A stretch of DNA of 64,000 bases from contig NC_043024.1 of NCBI RefSeq assembly GCF_006345805.1, positions 13,702,001 to 13,766,000 on the forward strand, in the 5' to 3' direction. Position numbers and translations under genes: made by a program. This DNA is from Octopus sinensis. Lineage: Eukaryota. The notes under the pieces are model-generated. The model made no database searches. It saw nothing but the letters and a program-made list of their open reading frames with translations, and was not told where the DNA came from. Below, in pieces: positions 1 to 13,525 of the stretch. The first letter of the stretch is position 1. Each line of letters begins with the position of its first letter.

Positions 1-1051
1 GCGCAAACCTCCGCCAAATCAACACCAACGTCCTCTCAGCGATTAACCAAAGATGATTTCTAAAATGAGAATATCTAACATAAATTCGATTGCTCTCACA
101 AACGTGAGTACTAGAAATGGACACGACCGCTCTCAAAAATTAAGTAATAATAAAAAAAACGGAAAAATAATCATGAATCCTTATCCGGTGCCGGATACTT
201 ACTTCATATACATTTCATTACTTATTATTATTTTTTATTATTTGAAATATTTTAATATACAAGCTGTATTCACGTGAAACACATTTGCGCATTGTAGCAA
301 TTCAAATTTGTCTGCAAATCTTTTGAATAGTTATTATACATAATAGGTGGCATATACATGAAAACAATATTTGCAGAGTGATTGGAACCAAATTTGATAT
401 TTATTGGTGCTATTTGATTCTTTATCTGTAGAATGTCTAATAGCAGACATTTTACACGATTTCCTACATGTAAGGCTTTGTTTCTCTTATTACCAACTAA
501 AAAAACAGAAACTCATAATTATGAATACGTGATACAATTTGTTTTTGCTATTTCTGACCATCCCGAATCTACAATAAAATACACTTGGCCACGTACAACA
601 TCATGTAACAGAGATTGAAACCAAATTTGAGGGGAAGAAAATTTCTACCACACAGGCACCCATGTGCAATTTGTTAAGGTGTGCTGATGCTTGCCATGCT
701 GCAATAAATGCAACACTCACCATATACTTCTCAAACCAACTCATTCCTCTAAATATAGTTAACTTATTTATCTACAAAATTATACGCGTTTTCCATCTTT
801 GTAGGACAGAGTACACACCACCAGCATTTTTTTGGATTGCTGTTTTCAATTTATAGCCAGAGATGTTTGAGATTCCATGGTGTTATATGAAGCCAAAGTT
901 GTAAAATCATTCCGAAATAAAATAACCATTATTCTACTGACGTCATTTAGAGCTGGCCTATGTGTTTTCTCACGCAACTACTATACAAAGAGATTTGCGT
1001 CTGTTCAAGAAGGAACACGCGACAGTATCCGAGGTTATGGAGTTGTGAAAT

Positions 1052-1130
<79 letters not shown>

Positions 1131-1178
1131 CACACACATACATATATATATGTGTGTGTGTATATATGAGTGTATGTA

Positions 1179-1322
1179 ATTTAACACACTCAGCAGTAAA
1201 ATTTCGACTAACTTCTTATTTTGTTTTCCTAAAAAAGAAAATGACTCTCCCCAGACACAATAGATTATGCTTCAACACACAACTCATGTAAAGAATCTTG
1301 CAAATCAAATCCAAAACGAAAT
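1179..1322. mobile_element. 5'-inverted short retroposon fragment (PLE-like), same family as 29710-29905
   Basis: 1179-1234 is the reverse complement of ~29743-29799, and 1233-1320 directly matches ~29811-29900. Flanked by TA/TG microsatellite. Confidence 0.7.
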
Positions 1323-1327
1323 ATATA

Positions 1328-1360
<33 letters not shown>

Positions 1361-1502
1361 ATATATTGGTAAAAACGGTAAGATAACAAAAGAAAGAAAG
1401 ATACCTCAATAAGAGATGGTGGTGTGGATTTCCACTTCGGAATCCGAAACACAGAGTTATATCTTGGCTACCGAATAATTGTCACATATTATTTTACAGA
1501 TA

Positions 1503-1552
<50 letters not shown>

Positions 1553-1751
1553 AGTAATACTAAGTAATTAAGGGTTTAGCAACGAATTGCCTCACCAACA
1601 CACCGAATTTAGAAATAGCAGTCAAAGAGATATAGCTATTCCTTCTACTAAAAGGGGGATCTCAGTAAAAACACAGCACTTGAAAGGCAAACACAGACAG
1701 GTAAGAAAGAAAGAATGAAATGACGGCAATCTATCATACAATTTTAAGTTA

Positions 1752-1842
1752 CTACGGACGTACGTTTCGAAATCAAGTTTTAGGAAAGCATAAGAATTAG
1801 AAAATTCTACCTTACCCAAACTTCTTTTCTCATCGGCGCAGG
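1752..1842 (-). ncRNA. Type I hammerhead ribozyme motif, third copy (1-nt deletion in stem I)
   Basis: Same motif; ctacggacgtacgtttcg lacks one C relative to the other copies. Confidence 0.75.
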
Positions 1843-2337
1843 ATACTACAATTATGAATAATTGTATATTAAATTTTGAGATACTAGAAGGCATTATCTC
1901 AACTCAGTGTCAGAGCGAGCCAAAGCATGACCAGTACCACGAAATTCAAAGTGTGAATGAAACTTTGTGTCACCAGCCCCCTTCCACCCGCGTGTAGCCA
2001 AGACAAAATGCTGTGGTCATTTACTGGGATAAAATATGGTTATCAATAACAATAAAGGGTGAAATTAATTAATTTGGAATAATTATCAATTACACCAAGT
2101 AGATTTCGGCATGTAAAAGCCCCATTCGAGGATAATTTAAGTAATACTAAGTAATTAAGGGTTTAGCAACGAATTGCCTCACCAACACACCGAATTTAGA
2201 AATAGCAGTCAAAGAGATATAGCTATTCCTTCTACTAAAAGGGGGATCTCAGTAAAAACACAGCACTTGAAAGGCAAACACAGACAGGTAAGAAAGAAAG
2301 AATGAAATGACGGCAATCTATCATACAATTTTAGTTA

Positions 2338-2429
2338 CCTACGGACGTACGTTTCGAAATCAAGTTTTAGGAAAGCATAAGAATTAGAAAATTCTACCTT
2401 ACCCAAACTTCTTTTCTCATCGGCGCAGG
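2338..2429 (-). ncRNA. Type I hammerhead ribozyme motif, second copy
   Basis: Reverse complement of the 3264-3355 motif (cctacggacgtacgtttcgaaa...ttctcatcggcgcagg). Confidence 0.8.
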
Positions 2430-3263
2430 ATACTACAATTATGAATAATTGTATATTAAATTTTGAGATACTAGAAGGCATTATCTCAACTGTGTCAGAG
2501 CGAGCCAAAGCATGACCAGTACCACGAAATTCAAAGTGTGAATGAAAGTTTGTGTCACCAGCCCCCTTCCACCCGCGTGTAGCCAAGACAAAATGCTGTG
2601 GTCATTTACTGGGATAAAATATGGTTATCAATAACAATAAAGGGTGAAATTAATTAATTTGGAATAATTATCAATTACACCAAGTAGATTTCGGCATGTA
2701 AAAGCCCCATTCGAGGAAAATTTAAGTAATACTAAGTAATTAAGGGTTTAGCAAACGTACGTCCGTAGGTAACTTAAAATTGTATGATAGATTGCCGTCA
2801 TTTCATTCTTTCTTTCTTACCTGTCTGTGTTTGCCTTTCAAGTGCTGTGTTTTTACTGAGATCCCCCTTTTAGTAGAAGGAATAGCTATATCTCTTTGAC
2901 TGCTATTTCTAAATTCGGTGTGTTGGTGAGGCAATTCGTTGCTAAACCCTTAATTACTTAGTATTACTTAAATTTCCCTCGAATGGGGCTTTTACATGCC
3001 GAAATCTACTTGGTGTAATTGATAATTATTCCAAATGAATTAATTTCACCCTTTATTGTTATTGATAACCATATTTTATCCCAGTAAATGACCACAGCAT
3101 TTTGTCTTGGCTACACGCGGGTGGAAGGGGGCTGGTGACACAAACTTTCATTCACACTTTGAATTTCGTGGTACTGGTCATGCTTTGGCTCGCTCTGACA
3201 CAGTTGAGATAATGCCTTCTAGTATCTCAAAATTTAATATACAATTATTCATAATTGTAGTAT

Positions 3264-3355
3264 CCTGCGCCGATGAGAAAAGAAGTTTGGGTAAGGTAGA
3301 ATTTTCTAATTCTTATGCTTTCCTAAAACTTGATTTCGAAACGTACGTCCGTAGG
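3264..3355 (+). ncRNA. Type I hammerhead ribozyme motif, variant core
   Basis: Stem I CCUGCG(3264-3269)/CGUAGG(3350-3355); core CCGAUGA(3270-3276); stem II GAAA...UUUC(3277-3337) with internal AAGUUU/AAACUU and AGAAUU/AAUUCU helices; GAAA(3338-3341); stem III AC-GUAC-GU; GUC triplet, predicted cleavage after 3349. Confidence 0.8.
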
Positions 3356-4121
3356 TAACTTAAAATTGTATGATAGATTGCCGTCATTTCATTCTTTCTT
3401 TCTTACCTGTCTGTGTTTGCCTTTCAAGTGCTGTGTTTTTACTGAGATCCCCCTTTTAGTAGAAGGAATAGCTATATCTCTTTGACTGCTATTTCTAAAT
3501 TCGGTGTGTTGGTGAGGCAATTCGTTGCTAAACCCTTAATTACTTAGTTTTACATGCCGAAATCTACTTGGTGTAATTGATAATATATATATATATATAT
3601 TGAAAATATGTTTTTACTGGATTGCTTGGAAGTACTCAGGTCGAACCCGTGACGTTAGACATTATATAACTTGGTATAAAAAGAAACAAAAATTTAGATA
3701 TTCATTTATATGTATATAAATGCATATATATATATGTGTGTGTGTGTGTGTTTGTGTGTGTATTTATATATGTATACGCATTCATATTCACATATACGAT
3801 TCTGTTTAATATCTTCTTACACTAAAATTCAGTTAGGAAGCAGACACGGTGAGAATGAACCCAAAACCACGTCGTTTGAAAGGGAGTTCCTTACCGAAAC
3901 TGCAACACCTGCACATATACGTATGCTTAAATTAATCCGCGCACATTACTGCAAACAGGAGCAGATTCTATTCGTGAATTGAATGCTAACGCAATTGTAA
4001 ATAAAATTATTTTATATATACTTACGTCTATAATTGCACAGGAAAGAAACTAGCCATATTATATAATTTGCAGATTGCTATCAGTGAGAAAATAATAATA
4101 ATAAAAATAATAATAATAATA

Positions 4122-4165
<44 letters not shown>

Positions 4166-4589
4166 TAATAATAATAATAATAAATAATGATAATTACCCT
4201 TTTTGATGTTTTTCTGTAATACTACACTAGTAAATCAAAAACATTTCTTTCAATCCTATTAAAGTTAGATCTTGTTCTGAAAATGTTTTCGGAATTACTT
4301 TTTCGTTTATGTAGGGGTAACGTAATTACAATTTTATTGTATTCTAATTTTTTCAGCGTTTTCTCATGTTTCCCGATTATATTTAGCTTAGAACTCACTC
4401 GATATATTAGAGAAATCCGCACGGCTTATCTGACACACGCATTTTCTCAAATTTGCTTATATCTGGAATGTTTGTAATCTTTCCTCATTTTTTCCGACAA
4501 TTTGTGAAACAGAAATAAAGATTAAATTGCAAGTTATTTAACACACAGCGAATATTTCCTTTAAAAACGAAAATAAATGCAGGCGGCAG

Positions 4590-4731
4590 GCGCAGCCGCG
4601 GCAGCTTGATCAGAGTTTCTTACTCCAGGCTCACACCGATGTCTTTGGCAAGTCTCCTCCACTATGACCCCGGGGAAACCACTCTCTGGTGAGAGGATAT
4701 CGTAGAAGGAAACTGAAAGAAGCAAATCGTG

Positions 4732-4735
<4 letters not shown>
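4590..4735 (+). mobile_element. Degenerate SINE family B 5' half
   Basis: ggcaagtctcctccactatgacc...ggaaactgaaagaagc matches the reverse complement of the full copy at 53791-54208. Confidence 0.55.
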
Positions 4736-4771
<36 letters not shown>

Positions 4772-5124
4772 AAAACCTGTTCATACATAAGTACAGACCA
4801 CACCTTAATATACAACCTTGACCACTTCAAAAACTATATACTGAGGAGATACTTAGACCCCTTGCGACATGTTTCCCCCCTTCGTCCATTCACAATATCC
4901 CTTCAAAAGCAAATTTGAATAGTGAAAACCGATTGGATATTAACTACATCCATAAGATATGTATATATCTAAAAAAATTATTTATAAAAAGATATTAACT
5001 ATGTCAAACGAAAGCATTTCCCTTCCCCTCTCTATATATGTTTTCCACATATTTTTAACTCATAATTTTGCTACGTCGTGTATACTATATCTCCAGTTTT
5101 GGGGCTTCTTTTATAAGTTTAATT

Positions 5125-5415
<291 letters not shown>

Positions 5416-5799
5416 TCTTTACATATATTCTATACATACATAAACATGGACATTTTTCTCCAGATTTTGTTTAGAGTTGGTTGATTTTGTTTTGTGTAAG
5501 GTTCCAAGTGTTGCGTTCGTATACGTACATAGAAAGTACAAGCAACCTTGTGAACGTCTCAACAGTTGGCATGAATTACGAAGGAGCCCCCCCCCCCGCA
5601 ACAACAACTACAGAAAAATGTGTACAAACATCCACCATATATAAAATTAAACATCTAGAATATATAAGTAATACGAGTAAAGATACGTTATATAGATATT
5701 AGATATGTGAATATCATATATGTTTTTCTCAGCCGATATTTATAGTGATAGCATAATTCTGATATGCAGAATTTCGTATCTCTGCTAATAGGCTGCTCG

Positions 5800-5854
<55 letters not shown>

Positions 5855-6161
5855 TGTGTATATATATATATATCTTTTACTGCCTCTTACTGTCTTTTCT
5901 ATTATCAGTAAAATCATTTTTCTCTTCTTTTTCTGAAGAATGTATGAGCCTCATTATACGTAAGCGACCTTTTATTAACGGTTTGTTAAGAGCTTTTAAG
6001 TGTATTTTATATATAAATCTACGTCAATATATTTTGGAACACACATGGTTATATATATTTTACATGCGTGTATGTACGTCCAGCATGTATATTCTTGTTC
6101 ATTCATATAATATATATATATGTATGTAATATACTACAAAATATATTTATAATATATATAT

Positions 6162-6214
<53 letters not shown>

Positions 6215-7001
6215 ATATACACACATATATATATAGAGAGAGAGATAGATGTATAGATATATATATTATATGTGCATATATATGTGCATATATATTTACA
6301 TGTGTGCAGGTATTTCTGTATAATTATGCACACACACACTCACAGGATAAAAATATCCAGAGAAACTTGTATATCTGAATACGCATAATTGTATGCATAT
6401 ATTTATATGTGTGTGTTTGTGTGTGTTTGTGTGTATTTGTATGTGTGTATGTACCTGTACATGTCTGTGTGTGTTGTGTGTGTGTGTTTGTGTGCGTGTA
6501 TTCGCGCTATAGGACACATGGTAATGTTTCTGTGCCAGTGAATGATTGCAAACGGTAAGCCTCCGCTCGGAAGTTACAACAGAATGAAAAGGAGGAAGAG
6601 GAAAACGACGGGAAAGAAGCAGCCGAAGATGTATGTGAGAAGGAAAATATGATAAAAGATAATAAATATATAAATAAATATGTAAATAAACTATCTTATG
6701 AATGGACTTTGGCTGTTTGGCTGATTGCTTTGCAGGCAGGTTTCTTTCGTCTCACATATTAAATTTCGCAGACTTAGAATAGTTTAAAAGTTGTCACCGA
6801 ATAAACCAATTTCTTCGCAAACTACGTGTTTTGTGTGAACAGCTATATGCCTGGCAGCACACGAAGAAATGAAATCTTTATTTAGATGAAAGTGAACTAC
6901 ACAGTTCGAAAACCCTTCGAGATGTGAATGGCGATATTCGTTGCCTTGGAAATAGGCGACAGTAATTTATATGAAAATCATATACGATGTAAGAAAAATC
7001 T

Positions 7002-7020
7002 AAATAATAATAATAATGAC

Positions 7021-7074
<54 letters not shown>

Positions 7075-7100
7075 ATTAATAATAATAATACTATTAATAA

Positions 7101-7135
<35 letters not shown>

Positions 7136-7313
7136 TAATAATAATAATAATACTATTATAATAATAATACTATTAATAATAATAATAATAATACTATTAA
7201 TAATAATAATAATACTATTAATAATAATAATAAAATAATAATAATAATACTATTAATAATAAAATAATAATAATAATTAATAATAATAATAATAATAATG
7301 ATAATAATGATAA
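7002..7313. repeat. (TAA)n microsatellite with interspersed TACTAT variants
   Basis: Direct inspection. Confidence 0.95.
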
Positions 7314-7448
7314 TTTCTCTCGAATGGAAATTTATGAATGCGTTATATGTGCATTATATATATATATACATTTCTATATATATGAATATATATATATATG
7401 GATACATACATACGTATGTGTGTGTATGTAGATGCATACACACATTGT

Positions 7449-7513
<65 letters not shown>

Positions 7514-8635
7514 AGTATATGTATGTGTGTAGGGAGATATGTAGATTTATATGCAATTCAACAGTTCCTTTGATATGAATAAGCACATTTGCCAACTTAT
7601 TAAAGGGCTGCATGCAGTGTGAAGTATGCAGTAATATTGTTATTATTAAAAAGTTACGCGGTGCCATATTTGCTGAGAATGAGAGCGAAATGTCCTTGCT
7701 ACTTTTCAATTTTGTGTCAATAAGATATGGCTTTAAATATTATTAATGCCTTGTTTTAATTACATTCAATTTTGCATGGCAGAAAATGGATGATATTATG
7801 ATATTACCAAATGTAGGAAGATGGAAACAGAAATCACACTGCCGTATCTTGCAGTAGTTTCTAATGTCTCTTTAAGGTTTAAGTTCTAATTTTCTCGCTG
7901 GTTAATTCATCTCACTTTGAGGCATATGACGAGATACAACTCACGGCAATTGTTACCCGTTTTCCGTAAAAATGTTCAACATCGTACTGGATTTAGAAGT
8001 GGATTAACTTTTACCTGAGTTCATCAATCCAGTTCAGGTGATTTGGCGATTTACATGGATCAAAGTAACACATCAACATCATATGTCCGAATCGAGTGAT
8101 GAGACGTAAATATCTAAACCTGGGCTGTTGGTCTTTCTATGACTGAAATCTCTCATCTGCATCTGCGACGAGTACAGATTATTAAAGTAATTCACGCAGT
8201 TGACAGACTCTTGTCGTCATCCGCTAAGCGTCCAGTAATATTCACCATTGACTCAGTAAGTTCCTCTGCCAAAATAGTTACATCCACATTGCTGAATCTG
8301 ATGATTTCCACATACCATGTTTTTGTTTGGTTCCACGCTATTTACTATTTAGTAAGGATCCTGACAAGCTGTTACAACTCATTGTTGATGTAAACCTGAG
8401 AAGTGTAGTGGCTAAAAGTTGCTGCGACGCCCCCTCAAAACTTGCACATTCTGAACAAGGGTCCCAGTGCCGGATGCATGTTAAAGTCATACCAGACTAA
8501 CTGACTACTTGGTAAAATTATTAATTATTAATTAAACAATTGATTAATTTATTAATTTATTTTACCCTTTATTACATATATACGTATATATATGTATGTA
8601 TGTATGTATGCATGTATGTATGTATGTATATATGC

Positions 8636-8681
<46 letters not shown>

Positions 8682-9807
8682 ATATATATATACGCATGCA
8701 CATATTTATCGAAAAGTGCAAAGAATGTATTCGGTTGCTATGGTATCAAGACCTGCACATTGCTAGTCAGTTGCATCCCTAGCACCATTACGGAAACAGG
8801 AAAATAATGAATGAATTTGGAACAATTCTATCATAACTTATTTACACCTACGGAAAAATGTAATTATTCACCGAATTAAATTGTCAAGTGTAGACACTGA
8901 TGAATAATAGACACGCTGAAATCGTTAGCAACTTTCAAAAATTTCACATTGCTGAATGTGCTTGAGGTGGGAGAATTCTTGACAGAGTTATGAATTGGAG
9001 ATACAAAGATTAACGAAACCGAAAATTCAGAAAGTAAAACCTCGTTGTTTCCTGCGTCTCATTGCCCAGTTTGAATGATAAAATCTTGGGAAGACTTTTT
9101 TCGAAAGTAATTATCAATATGGAGGTTGAGAGTAGGAAATGTCTGCGAAGGGAATCGAGCTGTAATTTAAGGAAATTGGACGCGGCTGCGTTCCTTATTC
9201 ACATCTGCTCTCTCTTTGTATTTTCGTTTCATCAGAAATCATTCACAGCCAATAAGAGCACACCGAATTTCGTTCCTTCAATGGAACCAAATTCTGGATA
9301 GCAAGAGATTCGAACGATGATGATGATGACGAAAATGAAACCACGATGATGATGATGATGATGATGATGGTGCTGGTGGTGGTGAAGATTTTGACCATGG
9401 GATGTCTCATTAACTTTCACCAGTTCTGAGACAATCGCGCAGCTTTCAAAGTCAAATACCTATTTTTTCCTCGATAGAATTGTAATTTCTCTCAACATGA
9501 AAACGGAGAGATAACATTACCAGCCAGACACCCTAAACAAACGATGTTGTTCTCTTTAGAAAGTGATTTTTCACATAATCACAATGCCTTACATTTTAGA
9601 GGTGATAGAAAACAACAATCGATTATATTGGAAACAGTGTATTTTTGATAGATTATCGATTCCCAGAAAATTAAAGTCAAAATCCACACGGTAGCATTGA
9701 AACTTGGTATACAAAGAGACGTAATTGAATACTTGTTGAAAGTCTCCATGGCTCTACCGATGATCATTTGTAAAATTAATTCATCATTTTATATAACCAG
9801 AACAACC

Positions 9808-9921
9808 AAAAAATATTGCTTCAAATGGAGAATTCTTTGAAGGCGATAAAAGTGTGAAAATATAAAACTAAGCGAATAAAATATTATTGCAAAATTCCAG
9901 TTTCTTTTGGGTACACTCTCG
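9808..9921 (+). mobile_element. Mariner-like transposon 3' end remnant
   Basis: Encodes IASNGEFFEGD, like the mariner transposase C-terminal CIxxxGxYFEGD. Followed by a TIR-like end (ttttgggtacactctcg) and TA. Confidence 0.6.
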
Positions 9922-9995
9922 TATATGTGTGTGTGTGTGTGTGTGTGCGTGTGTGCGTGTGTGTGTGCGTGCGTCGAAGTATAAATCGAAGCACA

Positions 9996-10337
9996 TGTGA
10001 AGGCGCACGATTCAGGGGTTAGAGCGTCGAGATCACAATCACGAGTAAGGGAGTTCGATTCCAAGACCGTGCTGTGTATTGTATTCTTGAGCAAGTCTTC
10101 TTTCTTTCTCGTTGCTCTAGTTCACTCATCTGTAGCAATGAGTTGTGACGTCACTGGTGCCAAGCTGTATCGGCCCCTTTGCCTTTCGCTTGGATAACAT
10201 CAGTGGCATGGAGAGGGGTTGCTAGTATCCATGGTTGATTGCTGTACTTCCATAAACAACCGTACCCGGACTGGCGCCTTGGAGAGGTAACTTTCTAGGT
10301 GCAATCCCATGGAAATTTGTGACCGAAGGGGTGCTTT
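9996..10337 (+). mobile_element. tRNA-derived SINE (family D)
   Basis: A-box-like ggggttagagc and B-box gagttcgattcc, then ttcttgagcaag...cactcatctgtagcaatgag core-like segment and a distinct tail. Confidence 0.65.
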
Positions 10338-10516
10338 ACCGTTCACCCAGGAAATCATCCGCCAGCACCGATTGTCTTGCAGTGGGGGAACACACACAAT
10401 ATTACAAAACACATACACATAAAAACATATACACATACTCATATGCACAGCGTCCATCCACAAAGTCTTTGTCTACTAAACCCGCTAACGATGCTTTAGT
10501 TGGGTCGAGGTCATAC

Positions 10517-10800
10517 CCTTTTACTCTTTTACTTGTTTCAGTCATTTGACTGCGGCAATGCTGGAGCACCACCTTTAGTCGAGCAAATCGATCCAAGGAC
10601 TTATTATTTGGAAGCCTAGTACTTATTCTATCAGTGTCTTTTGACGAACCTTTAAGTCACGGGGACGTAAACACACTAGGATCGGTTGTTAAGCGATGTT
10701 GGGGGACAAACACAGACACACAAGCATACGCACACACACATATGTACATATAAATATATATACGACAGGCTTCTTTCAGTTTCCGTCTACCAAATCCACA
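10517..10800 (-). mobile_element. SINE family B 3' portion
   Basis: High similarity to 53791-54080 (tactcttttacttgtttcagtcatttgactgcggc...tttccgtctaccaaatcc). Confidence 0.85.
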
Positions 10801-10927
10801 AATCGAACTCAAATATTTATCTCTGTTTAACCATCTTACATCGTCTATGTTGAAGGAATATCAATAATATCCCAGAAGCAGCTGTAAAACTATATCTATA
10901 TCTTTCTCTTGATACATGTCCCGAAAA

Positions 10928-11065
10928 TTCCGTCTACCAAATCCACTCTGGTCGGGCCGAGGATATAGTAGAAGACACTTGCCCAAGGTGTCACGCAGTG
11001 GGGATGAACCCAGAACCATGCGGTTGTTAAGCAAGCTGCATACCACGCATCCACCCCTGCGCCTG
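10928..11065 (-). mobile_element. SINE family B 5' head
   Basis: agaagacacttgcccaaggtgtcacgcagtggggatgaacccagaaccatg matches the family B head. Confidence 0.8.
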
Positions 11066-13011
11066 GAAAATACTTTACCAAGCTGTCGTGCAGTGGTACT
11101 GAACTGTAGAGAATAAGGTCGCGAAGACAGCTTCTCGAGCAAAACATCCATGCCTGCGTCTATCTGTGCCCTTCTGCCGACCAGAATTAGTTGTGTAATG
11201 GAAGATAGGGGTGGGGTTCAATTCGGTGCATTTGATGTATTGAAAGGCACAACACGTTTGAGTGTCGCAGCTTTTGATATTCGCTTCTCCATTAATTTCT
11301 AATATGAGATCGTAAAGGGAGATAACGTGTTATTTCATTGAAATGAATATATAACTTTTAATTTTCGAATGAAATAAAATTGAATTATTCTGCAAAAGCA
11401 GGAAATAAATCGTTGCATGCAGGTATTTTCTTCCCCAATTAATTTTACCGCATTAAAAGACAGCACCAACTCTTTAATTAAAATGCAGATAATAGATTTG
11501 AGAATGCGGATTTATTGCCCTGTTATTAGAAAACGTTATTAAAATGTATAAAGAGTAATTTGGAAAGCAAGGAATAAATGTAACTGCCATCGAGGAATAC
11601 ACGGAATACAAAGAATGGTTTTACACCGAATTGAGAAAGGAATTACAGAAGGAATTGCGTGAAACCTATTTGCGAAGTTGTTAAGAATTTCAATCATTTC
11701 AAACAAACTTGTAACATATTGAACCTACGAAAATGCCATTTTGACAATGCTTTTCCGGGGAGTAAGGCAACAGGAGTATATATTATACTATATGGGGAGC
11801 CATGGAGTGGTTTTGACGATTTTGATCATTTATTTAAGGCTATAATTTTTCCCCGTGGTAAACCACAGTAAAAATGGTCTTTTTAAAAGTCAAATATATT
11901 TGAACTGATCGAAAAGTTAGTTTATTTTCCAGCACTTTGCTTCACGTAATAACCATGTATATGATAGTGTGTAGAAATATATGATATTTCCGTAGTGAAG
12001 AACAATTCATTCTTTCTTCCTTTACAGTTCTCAACGTAAATAGTTTATATTTTTGATTGAATGAGATACGAAAGTTATACCTGCTCTCAAACTTGGATTC
12101 TTAGACAAAATAACAAAAGTTCCGTCAGTATTACAAGCTTTATTACGAACTGCCATACAAACAAATTCCTGTCTACACGTAATCGGTTGCTATATATCAC
12201 CAGATGGCAGTGTCTCAGATTGTCCCTTATTGGCGATGCTGTGACTTTGAGGTTCAGACTTTTGTTTCCAAGGCACGTCGTATTGAGTCCAGTACCACTT
12301 TGGGCAAAGAGACTTCTACTAAACACCGGGCTGACCAAAGTCTTGTGGTAGAAATTGAAAACGAAAGTAAAGAACACTGTGGTGTAGAAATGTATATACT
12401 TATGCCTCTGTGTGTCTTTGTGTTTGTCTTTTATTTGTTCCCTGCCATCACTTCAAAACCGACGTTGGTTTGTTTACGGACCACAGTTTAAACTTCGGCA
12501 AAAGACAGCTACAGAAGAATTTCCAGACATGGAAATGTACTGGGATCCTCGGGCATGACGAAATCCATGGAGGCGATGCACAGGCACAGCTCCAGAGGGA
12601 TGAGCACAAGAAGAATAAAGAAAAAAAGAAGATTCACTTTATTCTTCGATATTTTCAGCTAATCAGCTTATTGTGGAGAATATATATTTATCATTTTCAG
12701 TTCCAACATAATTTCAGAAACGTTGCAATAAGATAATCACGGCATAAGTAAAACATTTGTATTATCACTGCAGCTGGTTACTTAATTTATTTTGTTTTCT
12801 CGTTAATCCTCTAAGCTAAAGCGAAGACAACACAATTTGGATGTTTTCACTCCTCTAGGATAAGAACAGCTAATTAGTGTAATCTTCTCCATCATTTTTC
12901 CTGATGACGTTTCATTATGAATTCTGTGCTGTGATCAGAACGAGCACGCGAAAACAAATGCTATTATAACATAGAATAACGAACAGTTTCAAGGTGATAA
13001 TTTTGATTTTA

Positions 13012-13525
<514 letters not shown>

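Larger units (their letters stand above)
1551..3583. mobile_element. Hammerhead-containing ~586-bp tandem and inverted repeat element (retrozyme-like or PLE pseudo-LTR array) inserted in (TA)n
   Basis: Units start at 1551, 2138 and 2723 (partial). From 2753 the same unit is reverse-complemented for ~1.4 copies. Copies differ mostly by single-base indels. Both outer ends run into (TA)n. No credible ORF. Confidence 0.85.

Noticed and set aside
2335-3358. Duplicated 83-aa ORFs (MATRGWKGAG...) in the repeat units
   Set aside because: Non-ATG start, no recognisable domain, frame differs in unit 1 because of indels; the sequence is better explained by RNA structure.
1551-3583. CRISPR array or DNA transposon with long TIRs
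   Set aside because: No repeat-spacer pattern. The inverted arms are unequal permutations of a tandem unit, with no transposase or defined TIR ends.
7850-8400. Higher-complexity stretch as a host exon or hAT remnant (similarly 32900-33530 and 47950-48800)
   Set aside because: No ORF or motif strong enough to call by eye; probably decayed transposons, needs a translated search.
9170-9300. Possible promoter (CCAAT box at ~9249)
   Set aside because: A single short motif with no associated gene or transcript evidence.
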